Below are positions 9,708 through 18,324 of a stretch of DNA of 36,915 nt, in pieces. Source of the DNA: an uncultured Planctomycetaceae bacterium (GTDB taxonomy: Bacteria; Planctomycetota; Planctomycetia; Planctomycetales; Planctomycetaceae); assembly GCA_963976765.1 (NCBI GenBank), contig CAXBME010000019.1, positions 124,001 through 160,915 on the forward strand, read 5' to 3'. The position numbers were made by a program, and so were the translations under genes. Under the pieces are notes generated by a model. The model had not been told where the DNA came from and did no database searches. It saw only the letters and a list, made by a program, of their open reading frames with translations. Position 1 is the first letter of the stretch, and each line of letters opens with the position of its first letter.

Positions 9708-11075
9708 TCAGATGTTGATGAAGTATTCCGGAATGGCCACCAGGTACTTCAGATTGAATGCCCATCTGAGAATCATCTTCGCGGGAAGAGCAGCCATCAG
9801 CAGAACAAGGTTCGCAAACACCATGAACCGAAAGAAGCCCATACGGAACGCGAAGTTACGAAACACCGTCATGGCCATCAGCGACGGAAGCAGTAGCAGG
9901 TAACCAAGAGTCAACAGGATTCCGGGGGCTTCGCGGTAAACGATGGTGCATATTTGCCAGAAGAACGAGTCACTGGCATCAGGAACTGGCATCGACATGC
10001 CTAACCCGTAGAGCCAGAAGTACTCCGACAAGTTGACGTTGTTCAATGCTTCGAGCTTGTGAACATCCCAATACTCATAGATTCCAAACATATTCCAGTT
10101 CGGTCCCCTGAGGAATGTTCCGAGAACGATCATTCCAACCCAGAGTGGAAGGAAACCAAACAGAAAGACGGAAATGGCGAACTTTCGTTCGTTAAAGGTA
10201 TAGTAGCCATTGCCCTTCTTATTAAAGTCGATGTACGGCAACGCCATCATTCCACCAAGAATCGTGCTTGGAAACACAACACCGGCGAGCCACGGGTCAT
10301 AGTAGACAAGCATTTCCTGCAAACCCAGGAAATACCAGGGAGCCTTGGATGGATTAGGTGTCTTTACCGATGATGCTGGTTCTTCGAGGGGGGCTTCAAG
10401 GCACACGCCCCAGAAGAAGAGGAATGCCGTCAGGCCGATCATGACGATCAACTCGGTGTAGACAAGGTCTGGCCAGACGAGGACTTTTTCGTTGTTCTCA
10501 CCTTCCAGTGGCCCAAGACCCTGTTCCAGTCGAGCGTCGTTTTCGTTGGCCTTTTTAAAGGAAAGCCAAGTGAAGAATCCAACAATGAACAACATGCCAA
10601 CGATCGGGACATTGTCCGGCTTGCCAACGATTTGCCGAAAATCCCAGTCCGTCAGACTTAACGACAGAAACAAGGTTGACGCGTTCAACAGAATCCAGCC
10701 AGCCGTGTCTGTAGCCAATTGCCTGCGAAACAGAATGATTGCTGCAAACACTGCGATAGTCTGAGCGAAGAAGTATTTGGGATCGCTAACACTGACATCG
10801 ACAACGGCCTTGAACCAGTCAGGAAGCAGAACCTGGAAGGAGTCGGGGCTTGAGTAACCAGTAAAATGGGCAGCGGTCAGCATTATGAGAATTGCCGTGT
10901 AGAGTCCCCACCACATAGCGACGGGGACTTCTGCTCCACCAAGCAGCGATGGCAATCGACAATGACCATCATTCTTCAGGCTACGAATAGTCCAGAAGAA
11001 ATTCATCACCAACTGAACCAGGTACAAAAAACCCAGCCCGAAGATGACGTCAGATGTCAAGTTGGGATGATGCAT
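9708..11075 (-). CDS. Cytochrome b C-terminal / subunit IV-like protein with N- and C-terminal membrane extensions
   Basis: VWPDLVY, PLEEPA...TPNPSKAPWYFL and LPYID segments align by eye to PetD/subunit IV. About 190 aa of extra hydrophobic N-terminus. Confidence 0.88.
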   Translation of the reverse strand: MHHPNLTSDVIFGLGFLYLVQLVMNFFWTIRSLKNDGHCRLPSLLGGAEVPVAMWWGLYTAILIMLTAAHFTGYSSPDSFQVLLPDWFKAVVDVSVSDPKYFFAQTIAVFAAIILFRRQLATDTAGWILLNASTLFLSLSLTDWDFRQIVGKPDNVPIVGMLFIVGFFTWLSFKKANENDARLEQGLGPLEGENNEKVLVWPDLVYTELIVMIGLTAFLFFWGVCLEAPLEEPASSVKTPNPSKAPWYFLGLQEMLVYYDPWLAGVVFPSTILGGMMALPYIDFNKKGNGYYTFNERKFAISVFLFGFLPLWVGMIVLGTFLRGPNWNMFGIYEYWDVHKLEALNNVNLSEYFWLYGLGMSMPVPDASDSFFWQICTIVYREAPGILLTLGYLLLLPSLMAMTVFRNFAFRMGFFRFMVFANLVLLMAALPAKMILRWAFNLKYLVAIPEYFINI

Positions 11076-11173
11076 CGTAAACCGTCATTCTGAGCATGCA
11101 GCCCGTTTAAATGGCCACCAACACAGCAGGACACAGCCTGGCCACATAGCCCGGCAAACCAACAACAAAGAAC

Positions 11174-11947
11174 TTACAGAGGCTGGCTGATGCCGCCGTC
11201 TTTACGAACCCGCCAGAAATGAATCGCAATCAGCCCCGCAACCGCCAGTGGAATCGCCACGCAGTGAAGGATGTAAAATCGATTCAACGTCTCTTCGCCG
11301 ACAAACTTGCTACCTAACAGGAGAAAACGAGCATCGCTCGCATTTGTAATCAGGTCATATCCGCCAATATTGAGCAGTTGGAAACCGGGGCCTTCATGTC
11401 CGAGAACGGGCGTTGCACGAGCCATATTTGAACCAACGGTGATGGCCCAGATTGCCAACTGGTCCCACGGCAACAGGTATCCTGTGAAAGACAGCAGCAG
11501 AGTGAACTTCAGAAGGATGACTCCGATCACCCAGTTGAATTCTCTCGGAGGTTTGTACGAGCCAGTTAGAAAGACTCGATACATGTGGAGCCAAACGGTA
11601 ATAACCATTGCGTGAGCACCCCACCGATGGATCTCACGCATGATTCCAAGGGTGCTGACATCTCGCAGCGCCAGGATGTCATTAAACGCCCACTCCAGCG
11701 TTGGCCGGTAGTAGAACATCAGCAGGACACCAGTAATAGTTTCAGCCAGAAACAGAAAGAAGGTAATGCCGCCCATGCACCATGTGTATGAAAGCGCGAT
11801 CCCGTTCTGCTTAATTGAAACCGGATGCAAATGGAGGAAGAAGTTCGTCAACATCACCACCACACGATTACGCCGATCATACGGCGCCGGGTGGCGGAAG
11901 ACACTCTTCCAAATCTGCGATTCGCGAATGTAGTCGCCGACAGACAT
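11174..11947 (-). CDS. qcrB: Cytochrome b6-like subunit (split cytochrome b, N-terminal part)
   Basis: WCMGG, HRWGAH...LHM, GSYKPPREFNW, TGYLLPWDQ, LH-x14-H and GGISQPL terminus. ATG at 11947 has a GAGGGA SD, so the ORF-track start at 11998 is probably too long. Confidence 0.95.
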   Translation of the reverse strand: MSVGDYIRESQIWKSVFRHPAPYDRRNRVVVMLTNFFLHLHPVSIKQNGIALSYTWCMGGITFFLFLAETITGVLLMFYYRPTLEWAFNDILALRDVSTLGIMREIHRWGAHAMVITVWLHMYRVFLTGSYKPPREFNWVIGVILLKFTLLLSFTGYLLPWDQLAIWAITVGSNMARATPVLGHEGPGFQLLNIGGYDLITNASDARFLLLGSKFVGEETLNRFYILHCVAIPLAVAGLIAIHFWRVRKDGGISQPL

Positions 11948-12024
11948 AGGTCCCTCGGAACTCAGGACAAACGAAGCCTGAGACAAATGCCAAAACAAAC
12001 GATAGAGAACTAAGAAAAAGCGGG

Positions 12025-13032
12025 TTAGACAAGCGACGCGTCAACAAATGACTTGGAGTCTTCCCACTGACCTTTTTCTTCCTGAAACTTCACACTCTTA
12101 TCAACTTCAAGCATTCCATCCGGAGCCACACTCAGCCCGACTCGCTCAAGTGGACGCGGAGCCGGCCCTTCGAAGTTGATCCCTGTCATGTAAAAGCCCG
12201 AACCATGACACGGGCATTTAAATTTCTGCTCACCTTCAAGCCAGCTTGGCGTACACCCGAGATGAGTGCACACTGAGGCGAGGGCGTAGATCAGCGATTT
12301 GCCTTTATACTGGTCCGTGTGAACGATCCAGATGCCATTTGAGGCGGTGTATTTTGTTGATACGGAGCCAAGTGGGTAATCGGACGGCGAACCCACTTTG
12401 AACTGAGATGGCGGTTCGACAAGGACGTTCGGAAACATGTAACGAGCAAGCCCAAGCACCCAGGCACCTGAGGTGACAGCAAGAAAGGTCCACCCGGCAG
12501 CAAACCACGACAAAAACCCTCGACGCGTCGACGCGTCAGCCGCCGCTGCTTTTTTTGCAGGTTTAACTGGAACCTTCAGGACAGGCTTAGCTGGAGCAGC
12601 ACTCGCTGTTGCACCCCCAACTTTACCCGTCTTCATCTGCCGAAGCATTTCATCGACGGGCGGCAGGTCACCTGCAGGAACCGCAGAAGCGGCAACCTTT
12701 TTCGCCGGGGCAACACCTTCTGATTTCCCAGGCGGAGTTGCGGCACCACCAGCGCCCTGCGCCCGAATCGCTGCCATGATATCGGCTGGACTTTTGGGAG
12801 CTGCCTTTTTTGAGGGGGGAGTATCCTCGGCAGGTTTGGCAGCAGACCCCGCACCCTGGGCGCGAATCTTCGCCATTATATCGGCAGGGCCACCAGCTGG
12901 TGCAGCCTTTGGCTTTTCAGCTGAAGGTGCAGCATCTTCAGGCGGAGAGCCTGCGGCATCTCCACCAGAGTTGCCAGCTCCCTGCTTGCGAATCTTGCTT
13001 AGAATTTCGTCGGTATTTAATTTCTTGGCCAT
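12025..13032 (-). CDS. qcrA: Rieske 2Fe-2S protein with long low-complexity N-terminal tail
   Basis: CTHLGC and CPCHGS boxes, GPAPRPL, and twin-arginine motif STRRGFL at aa 168-174 followed by a TM helix. Confidence 0.95.
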   Translation of the reverse strand: MAKKLNTDEILSKIRKQGAGNSGGDAAGSPPEDAAPSAEKPKAAPAGGPADIMAKIRAQGAGSAAKPAEDTPPSKKAAPKSPADIMAAIRAQGAGGAATPPGKSEGVAPAKKVAASAVPAGDLPPVDEMLRQMKTGKVGGATASAAPAKPVLKVPVKPAKKAAAADASTRRGFLSWFAAGWTFLAVTSGAWVLGLARYMFPNVLVEPPSQFKVGSPSDYPLGSVSTKYTASNGIWIVHTDQYKGKSLIYALASVCTHLGCTPSWLEGEQKFKCPCHGSGFYMTGINFEGPAPRPLERVGLSVAPDGMLEVDKSVKFQEEKGQWEDSKSFVDASLV

Positions 13033-13124
13033 GATTCTGCTTCAACCTGTCGGATGAGTGCGAGCGCACCCGAAAGAATGCACAGCTCTGCCGTCAGCAG
13101 CGCGGGATTGTTGTCGCTCGATCG

Positions 13125-13144
13125 TCACCTGACAACTCAGGTGA
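13125..13144. promoter_or_regulatory. Palindrome TCACCTGA-N4-TCAGGTGA upstream of the respiratory operon
   Basis: Perfect 8-bp inverted repeat about 95 bp upstream of the Rieske start. A lone half-site TCAGGTGA recurs at 13393-13400. Confidence 0.4.
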
Positions 13145-13502
13145 TGAGGTAAGCCGATGATTTCTCAGAAAATGGAAGTGGCATTTCAAGGGTTCCCGGC
13201 CACGGGAAGGAGTTTCAGCTTGTCGCAGCAGTCGAGCCCTGCGAAATCTGCGACGTTTAGGCGTTTAACAGCAAAGGGTGTCGTTTTCCTGTGCAGGGCA
13301 TGAGAATGCGGGAGTGTCGAAAAAGGACGTTGTGCTGCGAAGCTTTCGGTGTCAGGGGATGATTTGCTCGTTGGTTGTGTTTCTGGCCGCCCTCAGGTGA
13401 CACTCGGCATCTTTCGAAGAGAGACGCGCGGGCAACGAGAGTTTCACGCAAAGGTTGCCGGCTTGTTCATTGGGTGGGCTGTTTGATTGAGCTGATTATT
13501 CA

Positions 13503-14594
13503 ATGTCAAATGCGCGGCTGATCTCGCAAATCGAAGAATTCGTCCGGCGAGACCCAGCCAGGCGAGGGCTGATTGGTGCCGACGGTGCCGGGCCCGGCCG
13601 AGGCGAACTGGCCAGGGCGGCAGATCTCTTCTTAAGAGGTGGCAGGCCAACCGGAGTCGGGCTGATTACCGGGTTCTTCATTCCTGCGACAATCAGTCAG
13701 CGTCTGGATGGTGACGTCGGCGGCGCAGCTCCAGAAGGGCCGCGAGGTCATGCCGAGACAGACGGACCTCCTGGAACAATCGTTCTTGCCGACGTTCTGT
13801 CGGGCCTTGGCATGCCAACATCGATCGTTACCGATGAATATTGCGAACCGGTTGTTCGGGCGTCCTTTTCTGATGGCTTCTGTGGGGCTGTATCGCTCTT
13901 TGTAAGTCCAGGTGGAGTGGCGCAGTCGGCTGCCTGGAGAGCAGGAGTTCTGAGGGACTCGATGCTGCGAGGGCTTTCCCACCTGGTCTGCATCGAACGG
14001 GTTGGTCCCGGCTACAATTTGCTGAAATCGGTCGCCGAGCAGTCTGGGCCGGAGGCCGCGCAGTCTGGCTCAGGAGTCGAGCAAAAGCAGGCTGATGCAG
14101 TAATCGGGTGGCAGCCTGGCCATTGCTGCAACATGCGAGGCGAAAGTATCGAGGCGTTTTCGGCAGATCTGCACCGACTGATCGACGAGGTGAGATCTAA
14201 GAATCCCAATCTTAAAGTGGTTGGAATTGGCGATGGAGGCAACGAAATCGGTATGGGCAGATTCTCCCGCGAGGAGCTGCTTAAAAGGATCAGCGGCCCG
14301 CACGTTGACCGGGTTCCGTGCCGGATTTCAGCTGATGCAACGATCGTGGCTGGCGTCAGCAACTGGGGAGCTTATGCCCTGGCTGCAGCTATTGCGGTTC
14401 AGTACGGTCGCGTCGACCTGCTCGAACGGCACACCGCCGAGTCGCAGCGGCAGTTGCTGGAGCGAATTGTCAACGAAGCCGGAGCGGTCGACGGAGTTAC
14501 TCGAAAGAGCGAGCCCACCGTTGACGGTCTCCCGTTCCTGACTCAGATCCAACCGTGGGTCGCTATTCGAGAACGCCTCGGTCTGCGTCCGTAG
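13503..14594 (+). CDS. D-glutamate cyclase-like protein (DUF4392 family)
   Basis: ITGF, ETDGPPG, IERVG, IGDGGNEIGMG, VSNWG and VDG motifs. Confidence 0.85.
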   Translation: MSNARLISQIEEFVRRDPARRGLIGADGAGPGRGELARAADLFLRGGRPTGVGLITGFFIPATISQRLDGDVGGAAPEGPRGHAETDGPPGTIVLADVLSGLGMPTSIVTDEYCEPVVRASFSDGFCGAVSLFVSPGGVAQSAAWRAGVLRDSMLRGLSHLVCIERVGPGYNLLKSVAEQSGPEAAQSGSGVEQKQADAVIGWQPGHCCNMRGESIEAFSADLHRLIDEVRSKNPNLKVVGIGDGGNEIGMGRFSREELLKRISGPHVDRVPCRISADATIVAGVSNWGAYALAAAIAVQYGRVDLLERHTAESQRQLLERIVNEAGAVDGVTRKSEPTVDGLPFLTQIQPWVAIRERLGLRP

Positions 14595-14886
14595 GATTCG
14601 CTCCTGTTGGGCGGTTCTTTGCGGGAAAATCGCGTGCCCTCTGTTTGGCCTTGTTCGTTCCTCGCTCAAAGGACCAAAGCCGGGTAAGCAGTGCGGAGCG
14701 TCTCTCACGACAGAATCGACCGTCGGAACAGTCAGGTCAAACCCGAAATCGCACCGCAACCGTTTCCTGAAATTGAGCCTGGCTCGGACAAAATACAGGG
14801 CCAATTCAGGATGCCTGGTATCGTGTCCGGGTTCTACGGAGAACTCATCTGCAGAGATCTTAGTTGTTCAGGGATCTGGTTGTTCC

Positions 14887-16222
14887 ATGTTGAGCGAAAT
14901 TCTCACCAGTGAAAGCTTCTGGTTCTGGGTGCTGGTAATCGTCCAGTCCGGGCTGATTGTCTGGTTTGTCGAATCCGCAAATCCAGTCGCGGCTGGCGTG
15001 ACGGTCGGCACGTTGATCGTTGCGATTGCCTTTTTTCCGACACAATGGGAAACCGTTGGTTTGGATGATCTTCACGAGATGAGTTTTCCGGCGTGGCTGT
15101 CTCAGAATGCGTGGGCTCTGCTGGCAGGGCTTGGCTGCTATCTCTTTGTTGGAATCGCGTGGGCGACATTTCGCTGGTGGCTGCTCGTTCGGCAAATACG
15201 AGAATCGTACGAGCGGGCCAAAGCGGAGTGGCTGGCGCCTGGAAATCTCCGCAGTACAGCAACGATGTTGCGTTCACACGCTGAGCACTGCCCCGAACCG
15301 ACTCTTCGCGAAAAGTACCTGTTGTGGTCCGAAGCCTGCCGAATGGCGGCGGCTGAAGGCGGCCATCAGTTAACTCACGAATTGAAGCCCGTCTGGAAGG
15401 ACTATGTGACCAATGGTTCCCGGTTATGACTCACGTCAGGCCCGGACCACACTTGCCGGCCTGACGAAACCTGACCCGAAAGAACGAGCCGCGCAGATTG
15501 TGGCCTGGGCGATCTGCTGGCCCTGGAATCTGGTGTGGACACTTTGTGTCTACAACCCGTTCCGTTACGTCGGCGAGTTTCTGCTGCGAGAGCTCCAGTC
15601 GGCGCTCTTTGAAATCAGCAACGGTCAGTTCAGAGCCATTGAGCAGGATCTCACGCTCGAACCGCTGCCGCCGCCGTATCCTGCCTGCGAAGCAGACTCC
15701 CGGTATGGGAATTCCGCTGTTCCGCAAACTTCGGTTGAAGCTTCGAATGTGGCCGCGAAACAGGCCGGAGAAGTTGACTCGTCGGTGTCTCAAGCCGCCG
15801 CAGCAGAAGAGGCAAAGGCAGAGGCGTTCGCCGACTGCTCAGCAGTAATTGAATCGGCAACCGTTGGAGTCGTTGCGGTTGCTGATCAGTCAGCGCCTGC
15901 TGCGCAGCCGGACGAGGTGGATGTTGCTGCCAAGGGTGTCGCGAATAAGGAAGTCGCTGCTGAGGCCGCGGACGAAACAACTATTGAAGACGTTCCGTCG
16001 GAAGACGGCATCCCATCTGAAATAGAAGCCATGTTCGAAGAAGCCGGCTCGTCGGACTCCTACACCTGGGAGCCGCCTGAAGTGACCGCGTTTGTGCCGC
16101 TTTCAGATCGGCCGTTAAGAGCCATTAAGTACGACACCGGAACCACGCTGCCGAAGAAACCGGTAGAACCGAACAGGCCGGTATCCGATCCGTGGTTTGA
16201 AAAACACGCTCCGAATCAGTAG
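14887..16222 (+). pseudogene. Membrane protein gene split by a +1 frameshift (ORFs 14887-15429 and 15413-16222)
   Basis: ORF1 (ATG 14887, three to four hydrophobic helices) stops at 15429. ORF2 overlaps it in the +1 frame, lacks an obvious SD, and continues with KPDP...WAICWPWNLVWT and an acidic tail. Confidence 0.55.
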
Positions 16223-16334
16223 CGATCCCGGCTGATTTTCCAGCCTCAACGGAGGGCAACCTGTTGAAGGGCGGTGGTGACCTGGCAAAGTCAGAGTCGC
16301 ATCTTCTCAGTGACCGGTTTGCTCCAGCGATCTG

Positions 16335-17444
16335 TCAGCGGCTGACCAGTCGCAGCGTCGAAGCGGCTGGCACGACGTAGTCAACATCAACGTTGACTGT
16401 GGTTCGGGCGAGCGTTGCTCGGCCAAAGCCCGCCCGGAAAGCGACCCGCTGGACTGGGACGTCGAATTTCCAGCTTGATTGCTGATCGAGGTTCAGCGGC
16501 AGAGCCTTATCGAGGCTGTCCTCAGGTGCTGCCGTGTCGGGCAGGCCGTCAAGTCCTTCTGGTAAGACGGGCGTCGTTGTGGGGGCAGCCTCACCATTGG
16601 CTGGTTCTTCCGCTCCTTGAACCGGTGCAGTGAATATCTTGTTCACGTCCTCTTCCTCGCCTCGGATGGGCTCGCCGAATCCTGCGTTAACGGCGTCGGT
16701 CGCTGCTGGCAGCTCTTCGGTGACTGCGGCGGTGGGCTTTCCAGTTCCCGTCCAGTTCGGGTCACCAGACGCTGATTTTCCGCCACCGGTTGTACCTCCA
16801 GACTTCTCCGTAACGACCTTTTCAACAGCGACCGGCTGACCATTCGAAGGATCAGCCGGCTCAGCCGCAAATGTTGGCTTCGGCATTGGAGCGTCGTCCT
16901 TTGCGGCGGGAGTCGGGACGGGGGCTTCTCCCTTGATCACTTCAGTCGGCCATTGCGTCGTGGCTTCTTTCGACTCCGATTTCCAGGCCGTCTTCGCAGC
17001 ACAGGTACTGTTTGCCGAAGCGGCTGTTGAGCAGGTTCCGCAGTTGCCGGCGGAGTATCGGTAAGCGCTCAGGACTGTCGAGCAGCTGCCGGTTGAGCAG
17101 TACGTCGGGGGGGCAAACACAGACCGGTATCCCACCGAATACGACGGCGTCGCACATCCGGCAGAGCTGCAACCTGTCGGGCCGCAATTCGATTGCCCGT
17201 AGTAGATCGGCGCCGTCGGCATCGCATAGCTGACTTGAGGTCCGGCGTACGAATATCGATAGGCCGTGCCATAGTTGCCGTATCCGTAGCTGCTGTGGCC
17301 ATATCCGCCGTAACCGTAGTGGACCGGGCCAAAGACGGCGTCGTACAGCCAGGGGATCACTCCCGCATCCGCTGTCGAAAACTGAACGGGAACCAGAGCC
17401 AGTGCCAGAACCAGAAATCCAAACCGTTGTGCTGGTCGTCTCAT
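16335..17444 (-). CDS. Secreted Gly/Tyr- and Cys-rich hypothetical protein
   Basis: Signal peptide ending ADA, a YGYGGYG segment, eight Cys in short motifs, and a Pro/Ala/Glu linker. GGGAG SD upstream. Confidence 0.75.
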   Translation of the reverse strand: MRRPAQRFGFLVLALALVPVQFSTADAGVIPWLYDAVFGPVHYGYGGYGHSSYGYGNYGTAYRYSYAGPQVSYAMPTAPIYYGQSNCGPTGCSSAGCATPSYSVGYRSVFAPPTYCSTGSCSTVLSAYRYSAGNCGTCSTAASANSTCAAKTAWKSESKEATTQWPTEVIKGEAPVPTPAAKDDAPMPKPTFAAEPADPSNGQPVAVEKVVTEKSGGTTGGGKSASGDPNWTGTGKPTAAVTEELPAATDAVNAGFGEPIRGEEEDVNKIFTAPVQGAEEPANGEAAPTTTPVLPEGLDGLPDTAAPEDSLDKALPLNLDQQSSWKFDVPVQRVAFRAGFGRATLARTTVNVDVDYVVPAASTLRLVSR

Positions 17445-17697
17445 CGAATTTATCTCCCGATCGTTTTAGTCCTTCAGTGATTCACGACGCAACGAGGCGT
17501 GTCCCGAAGCGTCCGGCAGACCGCCGACGATGGCAGACCAGCAATGCTGGGCAATATCGTCAATCTGCCGGTTCGGCTGGTTGTATCGGTCGCTCCTGGC
17601 GAAGTCAACGAGCCGCCGGACGCTTGCAGTCTGGGGGCCAGGCGATCAGAAAACGCACCGCTCACTCACAGCTTCCACACTGACGAAAGACGACAAC

Positions 17698-18261
17698 ATG
17701 GACTTCGCAGCGAAATTCGAAAGCGGCCTGGGCTACTCCGGCTTTCTGACAAAGCATGGCACCGCCGATCAGCAACAGCGCTGGGCCGCTGTTCATGGAC
17801 AGGTCAATCTGGCAGCGGCTCAACGCGACGTGTTGTCAGGCTTCGTCCGGAAGATGAAAGTCTTCGTCGTCGCGGGAGCGTGGTGCGGAGACTGCGTCAA
17901 CCAGTGTCCGATTTTCGACCACTTTGTCGCCGCGTCGAAAGGTACGATCGATCTGAGATTTTTCGACCGCGATCAGCACTCCGATCTGGCAGACGCTCTC
18001 TCAATCTGTGGCGGCCAGCGAGTCCCGTCCGTTCTCTTCCTCAGCGAAGACGACTTCGTCTGCGGTCGGGCCGGAGACCGCACGCTCGCGAAGTATCGCA
18101 ACATGGCCCAGACACAACTCGGAGCTGCCTGCCCGACAGGCATCGGCGGAGCAGACCAGTCGTTGCTCGATCAGGTCACGCAGGAATGGCTCAACGAGTT
18201 CGAGCGGATCCAGCTCATGCTGCGACTGTCCGGTCGCCTGCGACAACTGCACAACGACTAA
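17698..18261 (+). CDS. Thioredoxin-family protein
   Basis: WCGDC active site and RVP cis-Pro motif. Probable start ATG 17698 (MDFAAKF); the ORF-track start at 17530 is likely over-extended. Confidence 0.85.
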   Translation: MDFAAKFESGLGYSGFLTKHGTADQQQRWAAVHGQVNLAAAQRDVLSGFVRKMKVFVVAGAWCGDCVNQCPIFDHFVAASKGTIDLRFFDRDQHSDLADALSICGGQRVPSVLFLSEDDFVCGRAGDRTLAKYRNMAQTQLGAACPTGIGGADQSLLDQVTQEWLNEFERIQLMLRLSGRLRQLHND

Positions 18262-18324
18262 CTGGTTCGGTTCACAAGTTCGTGTGGGGCATCAAGGTAA
18301 CCCGCCCACTTTAAGGATTAGTCT

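Noticed and set aside
17499..18314. 271-aa Arg-rich plus-strand ORF
   Set aside because: Alternative frame of the thioredoxin gene; composition typical of off-frame GC-rich sequence.
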